Source: a virus
Taxonomy: Duplodnaviria > Caudoviricetes
DNA: 55,016 nucleotides
Direction: 5' to 3' (one strand)
Virus record (IMG/VR): IMGVR_UViG_3300025671_000081
Span: 1-55,016 of that record
Shown here in pieces: positions 27,461 to 37,719 of this stretch; positions within the stretch are counted from its first letter, which is position 1, and each line of letters opens with the position of its first letter. The translations under genes were made by a program, and so were the position numbers. The notes beneath the pieces are model-generated. The model saw only the letters and a program-made list of their open reading frames with translations, was not told the origin of the DNA and did no database searches.

Positions 27461-29052
27461 ACAAGCTCCACCTTACTGCTGGCAATGGCTGCAGAGTTGA
27501 TTCTATCTTCGCTCTCAAGGCGCACTTTAAAGCGACTATAAAAACCTGGTGAGAATCTAAACCCTTCATCCGTGCTCGTTGTATGACTTGAAGAATACAC
27601 CTCGCTGCCACGATGAGAGCCTACCAGTGTCAGTGCAGCTTCCGCTTCTGAGTCCAGCCGCCCGGAAGAAATAACAGCGCGGCCAGGACGCACATGCTCC
27701 CGCGATTCCCATAACATTTGCATATTGCTGCCGGAATCAAATTCAAACACGGTCAAACTATCGTCACCACTTTTTACCAGCAGGTATAACGTGTCGGTCT
27801 CATCATCATAATGACCATCAAGAACCTGATCGCCATCAACGCCGGTAATATCAAGCGGCCAATACCCTTTTGCAGGGTCAAATGCAAAAGCACCGGTAGA
27901 GGCAAAGCACAGATAAAAGCTGCGATAACGGAACGCGACAAAACTTGCAGGATCGAGCGCGAGCCACTGTTCCTTACTGAATATCTCACGGGTAATAACA
28001 TTCGCACCGCCCGCACCGATAGCAACCAATCCTTCCGTACTCGGATAAAACGCAGTCTCGCCCATGTCTACGATGCCTCGACGACTGAGGTTAGGTGCGC
28101 GCAGATCAAGTTTCAAAATCGAAATACCACCCGGGTGCGTTCCTTGAAACACATACGGCTGGCTATCCGTCGTGACAATGAGTGCGCCCTGAGTAGCGGC
28201 CATGCCTTTAACAGTAGCGGGGATTGCATACTGATAGTCTATTGGCCAGGCATGCGGGTAGTATGGCTCACAAAAACAAACCGTATTCTCAAACCAGCTT
28301 GCCATATAACCGTTACCAGCATTAACAAGCCCTTCAAGATTATCAGGCGGTGCATTGAAGTTCTCAGATTCGCAGGCGTATCCAAGCTGTGCGGTATCCT
28401 TCTGGTCGTTGTAGCCATCGATAGTGTCAACAATCTCAGCGACCAACTGAAAGTCTCCGCCGCTATCGCTTCGATACAGGCGCCTCTTAGCGACTCGACT
28501 ATCGTTATTTGCCCCGAGCGATACATAAACACTGGCCGAATCCCAGCGCTGAATGACCTGAGTCACATCGGAAGGTTCCGATTCCTCACCCAGTACCGTC
28601 ACTCCGGTCACATAGTAAACTGAGTTATATACAGGTATTGACGGGTCACCCGGGTCAGCATTATTCCACGAAGATGAAACTGATGGGGTGTTTGGAACCT
28701 TGACAGCAAGGTCGCCACTCGAAGGACCGCCGCCGCCGAGCTGGTAGTAAACCTGTGGCTTTTCCGAATCGCCCGCTGCGTACATTCGATTATAAGCATC
28801 ATTCGCTATGGGGCCTCGCAAGAAGTCCGCATTATCGGTACGACTCAGAGTTTCTGTTTTATCGTAGTGGTAGAGAGACCACGACTTAACTCCAGCGGCG
28901 ATACTAAAACCCGCCTCTACGGGAAGCTTAAACGGTACGACACCATCACCTTCAGGTCGGCAGTTCAATGTCCTTGATGCAAACCCTTCCGGCAATAGAT
29001 TGTCGTCCAGAACCGGGATCATCCCCTTCATCTGACTGAATTGGATTTTCAT
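27457..29052 (-). CDS. podovirus tail tubular/nozzle-like protein
   Basis: KG.IP..D.LLP..A start, GEESEPS, FCEPY.PHAWP..Y motifs. Confidence 0.65.
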   Translation of the reverse strand: MKIQFSQMKGMIPVLDDNLLPEGFASRTLNCRPEGDGVVPFKLPVEAGFSIAAGVKSWSLYHYDKTETLSRTDNADFLRGPIANDAYNRMYAAGDSEKPQVYYQLGGGGPSSGDLAVKVPNTPSVSSSWNNADPGDPSIPVYNSVYYVTGVTVLGEESEPSDVTQVIQRWDSASVYVSLGANNDSRVAKRRLYRSDSGGDFQLVAEIVDTIDGYNDQKDTAQLGYACESENFNAPPDNLEGLVNAGNGYMASWFENTVCFCEPYYPHAWPIDYQYAIPATVKGMAATQGALIVTTDSQPYVFQGTHPGGISILKLDLRAPNLSRRGIVDMGETAFYPSTEGLVAIGAGGANVITREIFSKEQWLALDPASFVAFRYRSFYLCFASTGAFAFDPAKGYWPLDITGVDGDQVLDGHYDDETDTLYLLVKSGDDSLTVFEFDSGSNMQMLWESREHVRPGRAVISSGRLDSEAEAALTLVGSHRGSEVYSSSHTTSTDEGFRFSPGFYSRFKVRLESEDRINSAAIASSKVELV

Positions 29053-29684
29053 TCTTCCACCTGATCTCGATAGTCGACTTGATAGCCGTATCTGTGATTG
29101 ATACCGGCCTGAATGATCACAGGGTCTGATAGGCCAGAGACATAAGGACCATTCTCTGTAGCAAAATCTTCGGAATGCAAACGAAGGTACAAACTCCCGG
29201 ACTTGAAGTACCATAAAAAAATATCGGTATTCTCCGGGTCGTCCTTGTTCTCAACGGTCAGATAGATATCCTGAATATCAGAATCCAACTCCAGCAGTGC
29301 AGGAAGCCCAGATTGCGGGTCTCTCCACCATACGCCCATGGTGGCATCCTGACGTAAATAACAGAGTATGACGGTGCCGTCTTGCGAGAAGTCCAAGCTG
29401 ATCTTCTGCAGTGGATCTATCAGTGTCAGTAGCGGCCTTGGCTGGCCATCCCATAAGCCGTTGTAGATTTTTTTCTGCAGAAAAGCAGCGCCAGATGATT
29501 CAACATACGCAACCCATTCATGCTGATAGTTCCCTTTTGATAAATCAGGATTTCCGGTTGACGAAGAAATATCAAAAGGGCCGTATGAAAAAGACTTGAA
29601 CAGGTGGGCATCGTCAAACACAGGCAGGAATCGCAAAGGACGAATCAGCTCTCCACGCATCGAGCCATTAAGCACCGGAATCAT
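29049..29684 (-). CDS. putative tail protein
   Basis: Synteny; beta-rich. Confidence 0.55.
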   Translation of the reverse strand: MIPVLNGSMRGELIRPLRFLPVFDDAHLFKSFSYGPFDISSSTGNPDLSKGNYQHEWVAYVESSGAAFLQKKIYNGLWDGQPRPLLTLIDPLQKISLDFSQDGTVILCYLRQDATMGVWWRDPQSGLPALLELDSDIQDIYLTVENKDDPENTDIFLWYFKSGSLYLRLHSEDFATENGPYVSGLSDPVIIQAGINHRYGYQVDYRDQVEE

Positions 29685-30612
29685 AACGGCCCCAAGTGAA
29701 GGTCAAATCAATTTCTAGGTTGTAGTTGGCAGGCAAGGTAAAGCCTGGATCAATCTCCATTCGCGGAACCTTCCTTGAGCTGGAATTATTAGAAGCCGAA
29801 TAAGAGACCTGTAATTTCTCCGGAGTCTGATCGTTCTCGATATAGTCGAATGAAGCTCTCACCGTTACCTGTCTAGAAGCTCCGTCAAATGAGTACGGAG
29901 TGCCAACAGAGCTACTACCGGAGCGAGAATAGCCCCCGCCAATCAGGTAATAGCTACTACCGTCGTATGATGAACTGCCAAACATAGGCTGAGCGAACCC
30001 AAACGCATGTATACCCTCTGCAGTGGTGTTATTGGAATCTGCAGCATAAACCGTGTAGCTCAGGTCGCCGTGTGGGGTGGATACCGTGCCAGAACCCAAA
30101 ATCTCATCAGGAATTATCGAATAGAGCGTGTAGGTAACCCGAACTGTTTGATTATCTGTGACAGTTATTGTGATCGGATTTCCACTACCATCCTTTATCA
30201 GGGATCGACTCATCAGCGTCCCGGTAGATCCGCCTTTCCTTATGCCAAGCTCTGACAGATCGCCAGATATATTCGTAAACTCAACTTCTCTGGCACACTT
30301 ATAGATGGCTGGGTAAGCCCCCTCTGCACTGTCTCTGGTGAAATTAGTGAAGTCACCACTGGCCTTGCTTGCTATCTGATTACCGAGATCGGTGTCGCTG
30401 TAAGCCGGAGTGGTAACTACTCCGGCACCCAAGCACAAGTGCAAATAAAAAACGCCGGAGAATCCATTAACCTGCTGCCGAAATGGGCCCGGATCTTCAA
30501 GGGCTGCATCGGTAATCAGGTTATCGAACTCGCCCGAGTCAAATACAATGCCCTCATCTTCAAGGACTTGTACTCTATAACTGCCTCTCATCAGCGTTGG
30601 CTTTAGCTTCAT
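29668..30612 (-). CDS. putative tail fibre/appendage protein
   Basis: FDNLITD, ELGI..LMSRSLIKDGSGNPITITV..VTY; paralog of 31177-32010. Confidence 0.6.
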   Translation of the reverse strand: MKLKPTLMRGSYRVQVLEDEGIVFDSGEFDNLITDAALEDPGPFRQQVNGFSGVFYLHLCLGAGVVTTPAYSDTDLGNQIASKASGDFTNFTRDSAEGAYPAIYKCAREVEFTNISGDLSELGIRKGGSTGTLMSRSLIKDGSGNPITITVTDNQTVRVTYTLYSIIPDEILGSGTVSTPHGDLSYTVYAADSNNTTAEGIHAFGFAQPMFGSSSYDGSSYYLIGGGYSRSGSSSVGTPYSFDGASRQVTVRASFDYIENDQTPEKLQVSYSASNNSSSRKVPRMEIDPGFTLPANYNLEIDLTFTWGRYDSGA

Positions 30613-30613
30613 T

Positions 30614-31192
30614 CTACACCTGCAAGGTACTTGTTACGTTTGTAATTACTACGCTCTGAACGATTGGAGCCCCTTCGGCATCCGGCTCTGCATTGCTATC
30701 GAAGTAGTTAGGGAAATATTGCTGTTCACTGCTGACCGCAGCAATGACAGCCTGAGCTACGTACACTTCCGCATCATCCACTTGCTCAGCATTGGAGTTG
30801 AACACGAGTTCGGTAAACACAAGCTCACTACGAACCGCCATAACTTCTGCCGAGATGGAAAACAACCAGCTATCGGGTAATGTTTCTGGCGTGCTACCTG
30901 CGTCTGATCCAACATTACCCCACTGATCAATCCTAAGAAGCGTCGCAAATAGTGTCACCGACATGTCATTAAGCGAGAGGCCCGATATTGAATCATCCCT
31001 CCATGAATCGCCCGCGATATCACTCCATCGCGTCTTATAACTGGATATTTCAGATGAAAGGTCAAGCCCGAGCCGATTATCGCGACCTGACAGCCATGAA
31101 TAGGAATACCAATCTGTTGATTCTGTATCAAAGTCCTCGTGATTATATAAATCACCAAGTATCGAAAAGTGCGATATCACGATATGGACCAA
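30614..31192 (-). CDS. hypothetical virion protein
   Basis: Acidic ORF within tail operon. Confidence 0.55.
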   Translation of the reverse strand: MVHIVISHFSILGDLYNHEDFDTESTDWYSYSWLSGRDNRLGLDLSSEISSYKTRWSDIAGDSWRDDSISGLSLNDMSVTLFATLLRIDQWGNVGSDAGSTPETLPDSWLFSISAEVMAVRSELVFTELVFNSNAEQVDDAEVYVAQAVIAAVSSEQQYFPNYFDSNAEPDAEGAPIVQSVVITNVTSTLQV

Positions 31193-32010
31193 GCAAAATT
31201 GAATGTCAGGGTAAGATCGTGATCAGCCGGCAGCGTGAAAGACTCACTCAGCTCAACAACAAAATGAGAGTTCGAATATTCGAAAACCCTAAAGCCAGTT
31301 ACCGTTCTATTTTCTGCCTGAGCAGACCAATTAACGATCAGTTCGCATTCCTGGCTCTCTGAGTTGTAGTTGATTGTCACCGTGGTACTTCGGTCTTCGC
31401 CCGAACTTTTCAGCATCTCAAAAGAATTGCCGGCACTCGTACCAACCGGATTGTCATAGCGCCCGGCAAGAATGCCTTTCGGTGAAGAAAGATCATCCGA
31501 CGGCCTTGCTGTGTAATTTACCGACTGTCCGAACTGCGTTGTTATTTCGCCAGTATCCAGCACATCAGGCACAAGGAAGTACACGAAGAATGTTACCTCT
31601 AGTGTCTGGTGTGCCTGTATTGGCACCCATGTCTGATAGCCGTTCCCGTCTCGAATAAGCGTCCTTGATAACAAGTCGCCCTCGGCCAGTCTTCTAAAAC
31701 CAACCTCGCGAATATCACCAACAAGTCCGGTAAAGCTCACCGTTACAGAACGCCTGGCATATCGATCCTGGCCATCCATAAAAATCGTGGCGTCACTTGA
31801 GAATGTACCGGATACCTGACCAAGCTGATTATCGAGCGCAACCTGAGTACTGTATGGCTCGCTATCGCCATCACCTACGCAGATAAAACCAGACGAAAAC
31901 GGGTCACCGTGATTCAGCGCCTCATTCAGAATAAGATTGCGCACCTCGCCGGTATCAGAAATACACTTCCCTGAATCAATCACGCGAAGCTGGTAGGCAC
32001 CTTTAATCAT
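31177..32010 (-). CDS. putative tail fibre/appendage protein
   Basis: RNLILN, EVGF..LLSRTLIRDGNG..LEVTF; paralog of 29668-30612. Confidence 0.6.
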   Translation of the reverse strand: MIKGAYQLRVIDSGKCISDTGEVRNLILNEALNHGDPFSSGFICVGDGDSEPYSTQVALDNQLGQVSGTFSSDATIFMDGQDRYARRSVTVSFTGLVGDIREVGFRRLAEGDLLSRTLIRDGNGYQTWVPIQAHQTLEVTFFVYFLVPDVLDTGEITTQFGQSVNYTARPSDDLSSPKGILAGRYDNPVGTSAGNSFEMLKSSGEDRSTTVTINYNSESQECELIVNWSAQAENRTVTGFRVFEYSNSHFVVELSESFTLPADHDLTLTFNFAWSIS

Positions 32011-32447
32011 AGCGGCACTGTATCCCCTGTTAGCGTCCAAAGCGCCTCAGCGGCCTCGGACTTTGCCCGTATCGCGGTCAGCGACACCACTGACCCATTG
32101 CCTCTTAACTGGGTCGTTCCCGGCGTCTGAATAATGCCATCGTCCAGTGCCTGAACCTGAACTACACCAAAGCCGAAGTTCTGAATCTGAAAGGTCGTGC
32201 CCGGTACTGGGTCGGATACCAGAAAGAATGTCACCGTGTTCAGATCATCATTCACCATGAAGTAAGTGAATGCGTCGTCGTCGGTACCGACAGTCACTTC
32301 AGTGGTGCCCGCTTCGATTTGTCGCAAACCTACGCCGGTCAGAGCTACGCGCGCCCAATGACGAGCCCGCTCAGCCCAGTGCGCAGCCTGATCCACCAAG
32401 TCTTTGCACTGCTGAATATACGTGCTCAGATCAAAAGGAAATTTCAT
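32007..32447 (-). CDS. tail fibre-associated protein
   Basis: PGTTFQIQ..G.G.V....W.LTGD motif. Confidence 0.55.
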   Translation of the reverse strand: MKFPFDLSTYIQQCKDLVDQAAHWAERARHWARVALTGVGLRQIEAGTTEVTVGTDDDAFTYFMVNDDLNTVTFFLVSDPVPGTTFQIQNFGFGVVQVQALDDGIIQTPGTTQLRGNGSVVSLTAIRAKSEAAEALWTLTGDTVPL

Positions 32448-33016
32448 GCGCCCATTACCTCAGTATGTTTCTGAGTAACGTCGGCCTGTAGCGCTTCCAG
32501 ATACTCAAGCGTTGCCGGGTCGAGCTGGTTAAACTTCACCATAACGCCAAGGTCAAAGGTCGGGTCCATATCGTTACTGACGTTGATCGTAATGTTGTCA
32601 GGCTCTTGAGACCCGCCTTGCACATACACAGGTGTTTCGCCAACAACAGGCCCGCTGCCCTGCCGGTAATAATTCTGACGGTGTAGTTCCGCATCCAGTA
32701 CAGGAGCAACCGCCAACATGAGTGGGATAAACTCACCTGATCCGGTATCAACAAGGATATCCAACGCCACAGAACTGACCGTAAGCGCCGACGTGACTGT
32801 ATCCGCAATCGTGCAGGAGATTTGCCCGAGCGCGGCCTGTGCTGCATCTGGCGCCCCTGTTACCTCATAAAGATCACCCAGCACATGAGGCGAGCGACCA
32901 AGCCGAACCTTTAACGTCCAGCCAGTCGTATCAATTACCTGCTCCGTATCCGCGTTCGTAAACGTCACGCGCATAGAGCGGCCTTCGCCTTTCAGAATCG
33001 GTCTGAGTCGAATCAT
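32444..33016 (-). CDS. virion adaptor protein (BppU N-terminal-like)
   Basis: G.G..MRVTF.N....IDTTGWT..G.I...I....T..L pattern. Confidence 0.5.
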   Translation of the reverse strand: MIRLRPILKGEGRSMRVTFTNADTEQVIDTTGWTLKVRLGRSPHVLGDLYEVTGAPDAAQAALGQISCTIADTVTSALTVSSVALDILVDTGSGEFIPLMLAVAPVLDAELHRQNYYRQGSGPVVGETPVYVQGGSQEPDNITINVSNDMDPTFDLGVMVKFNQLDPATLEYLEALQADVTQKHTEVMGA

Positions 33017-33678
33017 TGTTTATTCACCGGGTTTTTAGGAGAAACGCGAACGTCGTTCTGCATCTTTACGCCAATGGCGTTGTACGCTCGCTGGAGATTG
33101 GCCTGAGCCAACTGAGCGTTAAAGCTGTCCTCTGAATCCTTATCAAAGGCCAGAAAAATAATGTAATGGCGCAACGCTTCGTTGTACTGCTCCCGCACGA
33201 ATACTTTTTCAGTATTCTCGTCATAACTTCTCAGCGTATGCCGTGTGCGCGGAGTAAGCACAACCAGCAATTCCAGCAATGACCCTTCTTTCGCCGGCGG
33301 ATACACATAGAAGCGCAGAGGATCACGTTCGTCGTAAATAAAATACTGCTGCTGGTTACTTGCCGGGCGCGAATGCCAGTCAGGTATCACCCTGTCCATT
33401 TGCTCTTGTGACTTAAAGTTCACCGGCCTCATGGCGCCCTCAAGGTTGCGCTTTATATCGACCAGGCGAACCGCACCGACGGGCAACTCTTGCCGCGTTC
33501 CTGCAGCACAGGAAAACTCAGAGTTATCCGCAAACGCTTCAGGCATCAAACCCAGCAACCAGTCGTAGGACTGATTGAGATAGTCCACCAATTCAGTATT
33601 GGTCCAGCGTATGCCGGTACCGGTTTCCTGCAGCGTATTCTTCACCGCATTGATTAACGCACTTACGAGAATAGCCAC
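33013..33678 (-). CDS. head-tail adaptor protein
   Basis: LQET..IRWT..EL.DYLN, AGTRQ.LP, FYVYPP, AFDKDSE. Confidence 0.7.
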   Translation of the reverse strand: MAILVSALINAVKNTLQETGTGIRWTNTELVDYLNQSYDWLLGLMPEAFADNSEFSCAAGTRQELPVGAVRLVDIKRNLEGAMRPVNFKSQEQMDRVIPDWHSRPASNQQQYFIYDERDPLRFYVYPPAKEGSLLELLVVLTPRTRHTLRSYDENTEKVFVREQYNEALRHYIIFLAFDKDSEDSFNAQLAQANLQRAYNAIGVKMQNDVRVSPKNPVNKQ

Positions 33679-33680
33679 GA

Positions 33681-34277
33681 TCAGACCTCCCAGACGCTGC
33701 GAGCGAATCCGGCGCGACCCTTACGGCTCACATCAAACTCATTACGAACGTCCGCCGCTGCAGCCATCCACATGGTTTTGTATTCGCTGGCGTAGTAGCC
33801 ACTCAACTGAGGATTCGACCAGTCATTGCCGGGCATTGCCATCAAGCGCGCTTTTACTCCGGCCGCAATACAGTCCGGCCAGCGATCCAGAATGGAATCA
33901 GGAACACTTGTGGCGCCGGGCCGCGGCTTCAGAATAATAAGCGCCTTCGCCTTTGACTCCGCCGTCACCGATTCAGCCAGCTCAATAACGGAAGGTGCAT
34001 GCTGAACATAATCACCAGGCTTCAGCGTACTGCCATCCACGGTCAGATTTTTAATCCCAACAACGATGTGCCCCTCATACGGGGAAACAAAGTCGTAGCG
34101 ATCGAGACCGGGCGAGACAGAAAATTCCACCTCTTCAATAAACGCCTGTGTCTTTTCGCAAAAGTCCGCGAAAACAGTACAGGCATGAGAAGAGATAATG
34201 TCGTCAATACAGCCGGGCAGCTCAGGGAGCACCGATACTATGATTGACGAGAAATCGCTGAAGCTATGGTGGATCAT
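33681..34277 (-). CDS. head-tail adaptor-like protein
   Basis: LPGC, FCEKT, IAAG.KARL.AMP..WSNPQL..Y. Confidence 0.65.
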   Translation of the reverse strand: MIHHSFSDFSSIIVSVLPELPGCIDDIISSHACTVFADFCEKTQAFIEEVEFSVSPGLDRYDFVSPYEGHIVVGIKNLTVDGSTLKPGDYVQHAPSVIELAESVTAESKAKALIILKPRPGATSVPDSILDRWPDCIAAGVKARLMAMPGNDWSNPQLSGYYASEYKTMWMAAAADVRNEFDVSRKGRAGFARSVWEV

Positions 34278-34285
34278 GGAAGCCC

Positions 34286-34804
34286 TCAGCCGTTCAGGCT
34301 ATCAAATACAGCGTTCAGTTCTTTGGCACCGAACTCCGGGCAGTTTTCACCGATTGCAGCTCGAACAGCGGCAATTTTAGGCTTGCCGTTTTCGGTAAAG
34401 TGCTCTTCGTTATCGGAATTCAGCGACAAGATTGCGTTCGTGATAACGTCTTTCAGATCATCAGTCGCATCGTCGCCGCCGTCTTCATCCAGAAGCTTCT
34501 GAGCATCTGCCTTTGCAGCCGCCGCACGCTCCGCCGCCTCCAAGGCTTCACGTTCTGCCTTTTCAGCTTCTTCAAACGCAGACTTCTTCAGCTTCTTCTT
34601 GACTTCATCAAGCTGTTCGCCTTTAACAAATACATCCTTGAATCGCAGCAGCTGGCCAGCCGCTCGACCATCGACATACTGGATGTCGCCAAAACCCGAC
34701 CACACCACACCAGTTCTGGCGATAGTGTCCTTCTTGAATTCTTTATTGCCGATATAAGCAATCGCAACCGGCTTTGCGAATTCATCAAAAGTACGTTCAG
34801 CCAT
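34286..34804 (-). CDS. hypothetical head-associated protein
   Basis: YIG.K..K.D...TG.VW N-terminus; FT..GKPK C-terminal domain. Confidence 0.65.
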   Translation of the reverse strand: MAERTFDEFAKPVAIAYIGNKEFKKDTIARTGVVWSGFGDIQYVDGRAAGQLLRFKDVFVKGEQLDEVKKKLKKSAFEEAEKAEREALEAAERAAAAKADAQKLLDEDGGDDATDDLKDVITNAILSLNSDNEEHFTENGKPKIAAVRAAIGENCPEFGAKELNAVFDSLNG

Positions 34805-34816
34805 AATGGCCTCCAT

Positions 34817-34841
34817 AAAAAAGCCCGGCACAGAGCCGGGC
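34817..34841 (-). terminator. rho-independent terminator
   Basis: GCCCGGC stem plus T6. Confidence 0.75.
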
Positions 34842-34870
34842 GAAGTTAAGGTTTAAGGTTCGCGACGGTC

Positions 34871-35281
34871 TTAAAGCAGACCGGTATAGCGATACTCCGG
34901 GACAACAGTCACATCACCGGTGCCAGTGGCACCCGTAACGGTAACCGTCAGGTAAGCGCGAGCAGGAAGCTCATAAGGAGCTTCGTCATACGCCAGCTTG
35001 CCAGCGGCAGCCGAGTCCGCAACAGACCCGAAGAAGTCCTGGTCATCCGTGCCTTCGCCGCCCGGAAATTCGATACCGAACTCAAGGCCAGTTCCAGCAC
35101 CCATTGCGCCGTGATATGCCTTCAGGCCATCAATGGTTACGCCTTCAGGAAGTTCCAGAACTCGAATCACTGTGTCAGCAGCATCCGCGTTAAAGTTTGC
35201 AACGCCAGCTTCACGGGAGACGTTGCCCTGTGCCGCGTTATAAACGCGGTTTTTCAAAGTGGCAGAATTTTTAGTTGCCAT
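34871..35281 (-). CDS. capsid cement/decoration protein
   Basis: 136-aa beta-rich protein directly after major capsid gene. Confidence 0.6.
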   Translation of the reverse strand: MATKNSATLKNRVYNAAQGNVSREAGVANFNADAADTVIRVLELPEGVTIDGLKAYHGAMGAGTGLEFGIEFPGGEGTDDQDFFGSVADSAAAGKLAYDEAPYELPARAYLTVTVTGATGTGDVTVVPEYRYTGLL

Positions 35282-35339
35282 ATAAACACCTCAAGGGCGA
35301 CCAGTGCCGCCCAGTATGAGATTAAAGGAACGCTACCGA

Positions 35340-36581
35340 TTACTGACTTACAGCCGTATCGACAACCATTACACCGTGGTCATTTTTACGACCGTTCTTG
35401 TCAGCGAAGCGGATCTTCTTCTTACCATCCATCCAGCGGCAAGAGATTTCATAGGCGTTGCCATGATCCTTTTCTTCTTCCGTAAGGCCGACATAACCCA
35501 TGTCGTCGCCACCCTGGGAGCCGACGTTACCGAATGCCCAGCCAAGTGCCTGCGCACCCAGAAGAACACCACGGTGAACGTTGACGCCCGGAGCAACCTG
35601 GGTTTCAGTCGCTTCATTGACGTTCTGACACACGTTCACAGGAGTGCCTGCCGCAAACTCCACCCAGTTGCTGTTCATCTTCTTGATGAGAATGCCTTCC
35701 CAGAAGTAGCAGTCACCAGCAAAAATCGGGTTCTTGCTGATTGACGCAGTACGGTTTTTCGCAGCCGCGTACATTTCCTGCCACTGCTTCGCACTGGTGG
35801 TCGCCTTGAAGTCCTTGAACTGACGCGGAGTCAGGTACAGAACGTACATTGGGTCTTCATCGGCGAGCATGTCACCCTTAAAGCGAATCGGCTGCATCAC
35901 CATGCTGTCCTGCTCATCGATCAGGAGTCGCATGTTTTCCACCGTATCCAGAGTGAACACGTCGGACGAGTCGATATCGTTCAGAGAGGTAGCATCACCA
36001 CCGTAGAAGTGACGATCATAGGTAGGTGCCTGCAGGCCGTTTACCATAATCTCATCAAACTCAGGATGCGCCTGACCCGGCACGATCAAGTGCGTCGCTT
36101 CACGAGTACCGCGAGCACCAGCCAGGTGGTACAGAGTGGTCTCATCACAAAGACGGCTGTAGTAACCGCCCTTACCGGCCAGCTCATTTCGCGCAATAGC
36201 CTTTAAGTCGTGCTTGGTGCGCTGCTTGGCCATCTTGCCACCAGGATTAACCATGTGACGACCTTGCAGGATTTTCAGATCCATACTGGAAGAGGTTAGC
36301 GTTTCACCGCGTCCGTCCAGAGGCTTATCACCCATGGTCGGGGTCTTATTGAGGATGTGAAAAACATCCATTTCAACTTCTTCGCCGGCTTCTTTTGAAA
36401 GGTTATTTACACGCACAATGGGCGCACCTTTACCGGTTTGACCGCGAGTGGACCCACCCTTCTTCTTGATAGACATATCCGCCGAGTCCACCAGCAAATT
36501 GGTGAAGTTCGGCTGACGAGTCATGTCGGTGAACAAAGCACCGTTTTCAACCTTGTTACTTTTTACAACTGGCATAATCAA
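35340..36581 (-). CDS. major capsid protein (N4-gp56/DUF4043-like)
   Basis: PIVRV..L.K.AG..V, PTMGD..L.G.GE.L, GGKM..QRT.HDL, LLGAQAL, DHGVMVVDT. Confidence 0.85.
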   Translation of the reverse strand: MIMPVVKSNKVENGALFTDMTRQPNFTNLLVDSADMSIKKKGGSTRGQTGKGAPIVRVNNLSKEAGEEVEMDVFHILNKTPTMGDKPLDGRGETLTSSSMDLKILQGRHMVNPGGKMAKQRTKHDLKAIARNELAGKGGYYSRLCDETTLYHLAGARGTREATHLIVPGQAHPEFDEIMVNGLQAPTYDRHFYGGDATSLNDIDSSDVFTLDTVENMRLLIDEQDSMVMQPIRFKGDMLADEDPMYVLYLTPRQFKDFKATTSAKQWQEMYAAAKNRTASISKNPIFAGDCYFWEGILIKKMNSNWVEFAAGTPVNVCQNVNEATETQVAPGVNVHRGVLLGAQALGWAFGNVGSQGGDDMGYVGLTEEEKDHGNAYEISCRWMDGKKKIRFADKNGRKNDHGVMVVDTAVSQ

Positions 36582-36605
36582 TCACCTGAATTATGTGACC
36601 GAAAC

Positions 36606-37589
36606 TCAATACCAACTCATCACTTCCTGAATCTGAGCATCAGACATCTTGGCCATTTCGGCTTCGCGCTCAGCATCAGACATCGACTCCAGACGCTCTC
36701 TAAGAGACTTTTCTGTGCCGGGAGCCTGACCAATATCAGTAAGTGAGTTAGGGGTAGGAGCTTCGGCGCTATCTACGATTTCCTTGGCGCGCTGCTTCAC
36801 GGATTTCTGCTCCGCTACAGCGTCGCCAAAGGCTGCTTTGGTTCGCCTTGCAACTTCGGCAAAGCGGTCTGCGGGCGCGGCGTTTTGCCACTTGGGATCT
36901 GCCTGCAGTTTTTGGTCGATGGTTAAAGCCATGTCCCAGCGGTCTGGGTCTTTGGCTTGCCAATTGGTGAGGTCTGAGTTGTTTTGAAATGCTGAGCGAG
37001 CGGCTGCAGCTTCTGCGTCATCCACTTCAGCTTGAGCCTGATTTACAGTCTCGGCCTGTTGCGCTTGTGCTTGCTGCGATTTAAAAAGGATTCGAGCAAG
37101 CTTCGCCTCCATAGAGCCGTAACCGTAATCTTCTTCAACATCAGCCAATTCATTTTCGGTAATGGCATCTGGGTCAGCAAAGGCTGAGTCCATATCCACG
37201 CCCTGACGATCAAGGTTCGCTTTGGCGTTACTGATCTGTTTGTCGCTTTCAGAAAGACGAGCATTCGCCTCATCCAGTTGACGCTTCAGATCGGCTTCAC
37301 GCTGTCGCGCTGCCTCAAGCACTTCATACGGAATTGTGTGCTTGCCATCTTTCGTTGCGATTGGCGCGCGCTCTTCTTCATCCTGGCCGGACGGTTCGCC
37401 ATCGCTTTCACTGTCATCACCTGAGTCCGCTTCTGCTTCCGCAGCTTCGGTTTCTTCAGGGGTTTCAGCTTCCGCTTCGTCCTGTTCGTTTGAATTGTCT
37501 TCGCCAGCGTGTGCAGCCAGAGCCTTTTCAATTTGGTCCGGATCACCGCTTGCCAATGCGTCATCAACGCTCATTACTTCGTCACTCAT
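36606..37589 (-). CDS. scaffolding protein
   Basis: Acidic helical; KDGKHTIPYEVL; between portal and capsid. Confidence 0.75.
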   Translation of the reverse strand: MSDEVMSVDDALASGDPDQIEKALAAHAGEDNSNEQDEAEAETPEETEAAEAEADSGDDSESDGEPSGQDEEERAPIATKDGKHTIPYEVLEAARQREADLKRQLDEANARLSESDKQISNAKANLDRQGVDMDSAFADPDAITENELADVEEDYGYGSMEAKLARILFKSQQAQAQQAETVNQAQAEVDDAEAAAARSAFQNNSDLTNWQAKDPDRWDMALTIDQKLQADPKWQNAAPADRFAEVARRTKAAFGDAVAEQKSVKQRAKEIVDSAEAPTPNSLTDIGQAPGTEKSLRERLESMSDAEREAEMAKMSDAQIQEVMSWY

Positions 37590-37674
37590 TTCTCACCTGT
37601 TTGCTGTATCGCTAAGCTGCGTAATTGATATTGCGTTTTGCCGTCACGACCTCGGCTTCGTGAATTCGGGGCAT

Positions 37675-37699
37675 AAAAAAACCCGCTCAATGGCGGGTC
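37675..37699 (-). terminator. rho-independent terminator
   Basis: ACCCGC stem plus T-run. Confidence 0.7.
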
Positions 37700-37719
37700 T
37701 CTTTATTGAATTCTGTTTT

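Noticed and set aside
26573-33016. Diversity-generating retroelement or invertible tail-fibre locus
   Set aside because: No reverse transcriptase, TR/VR pair or invertase seen
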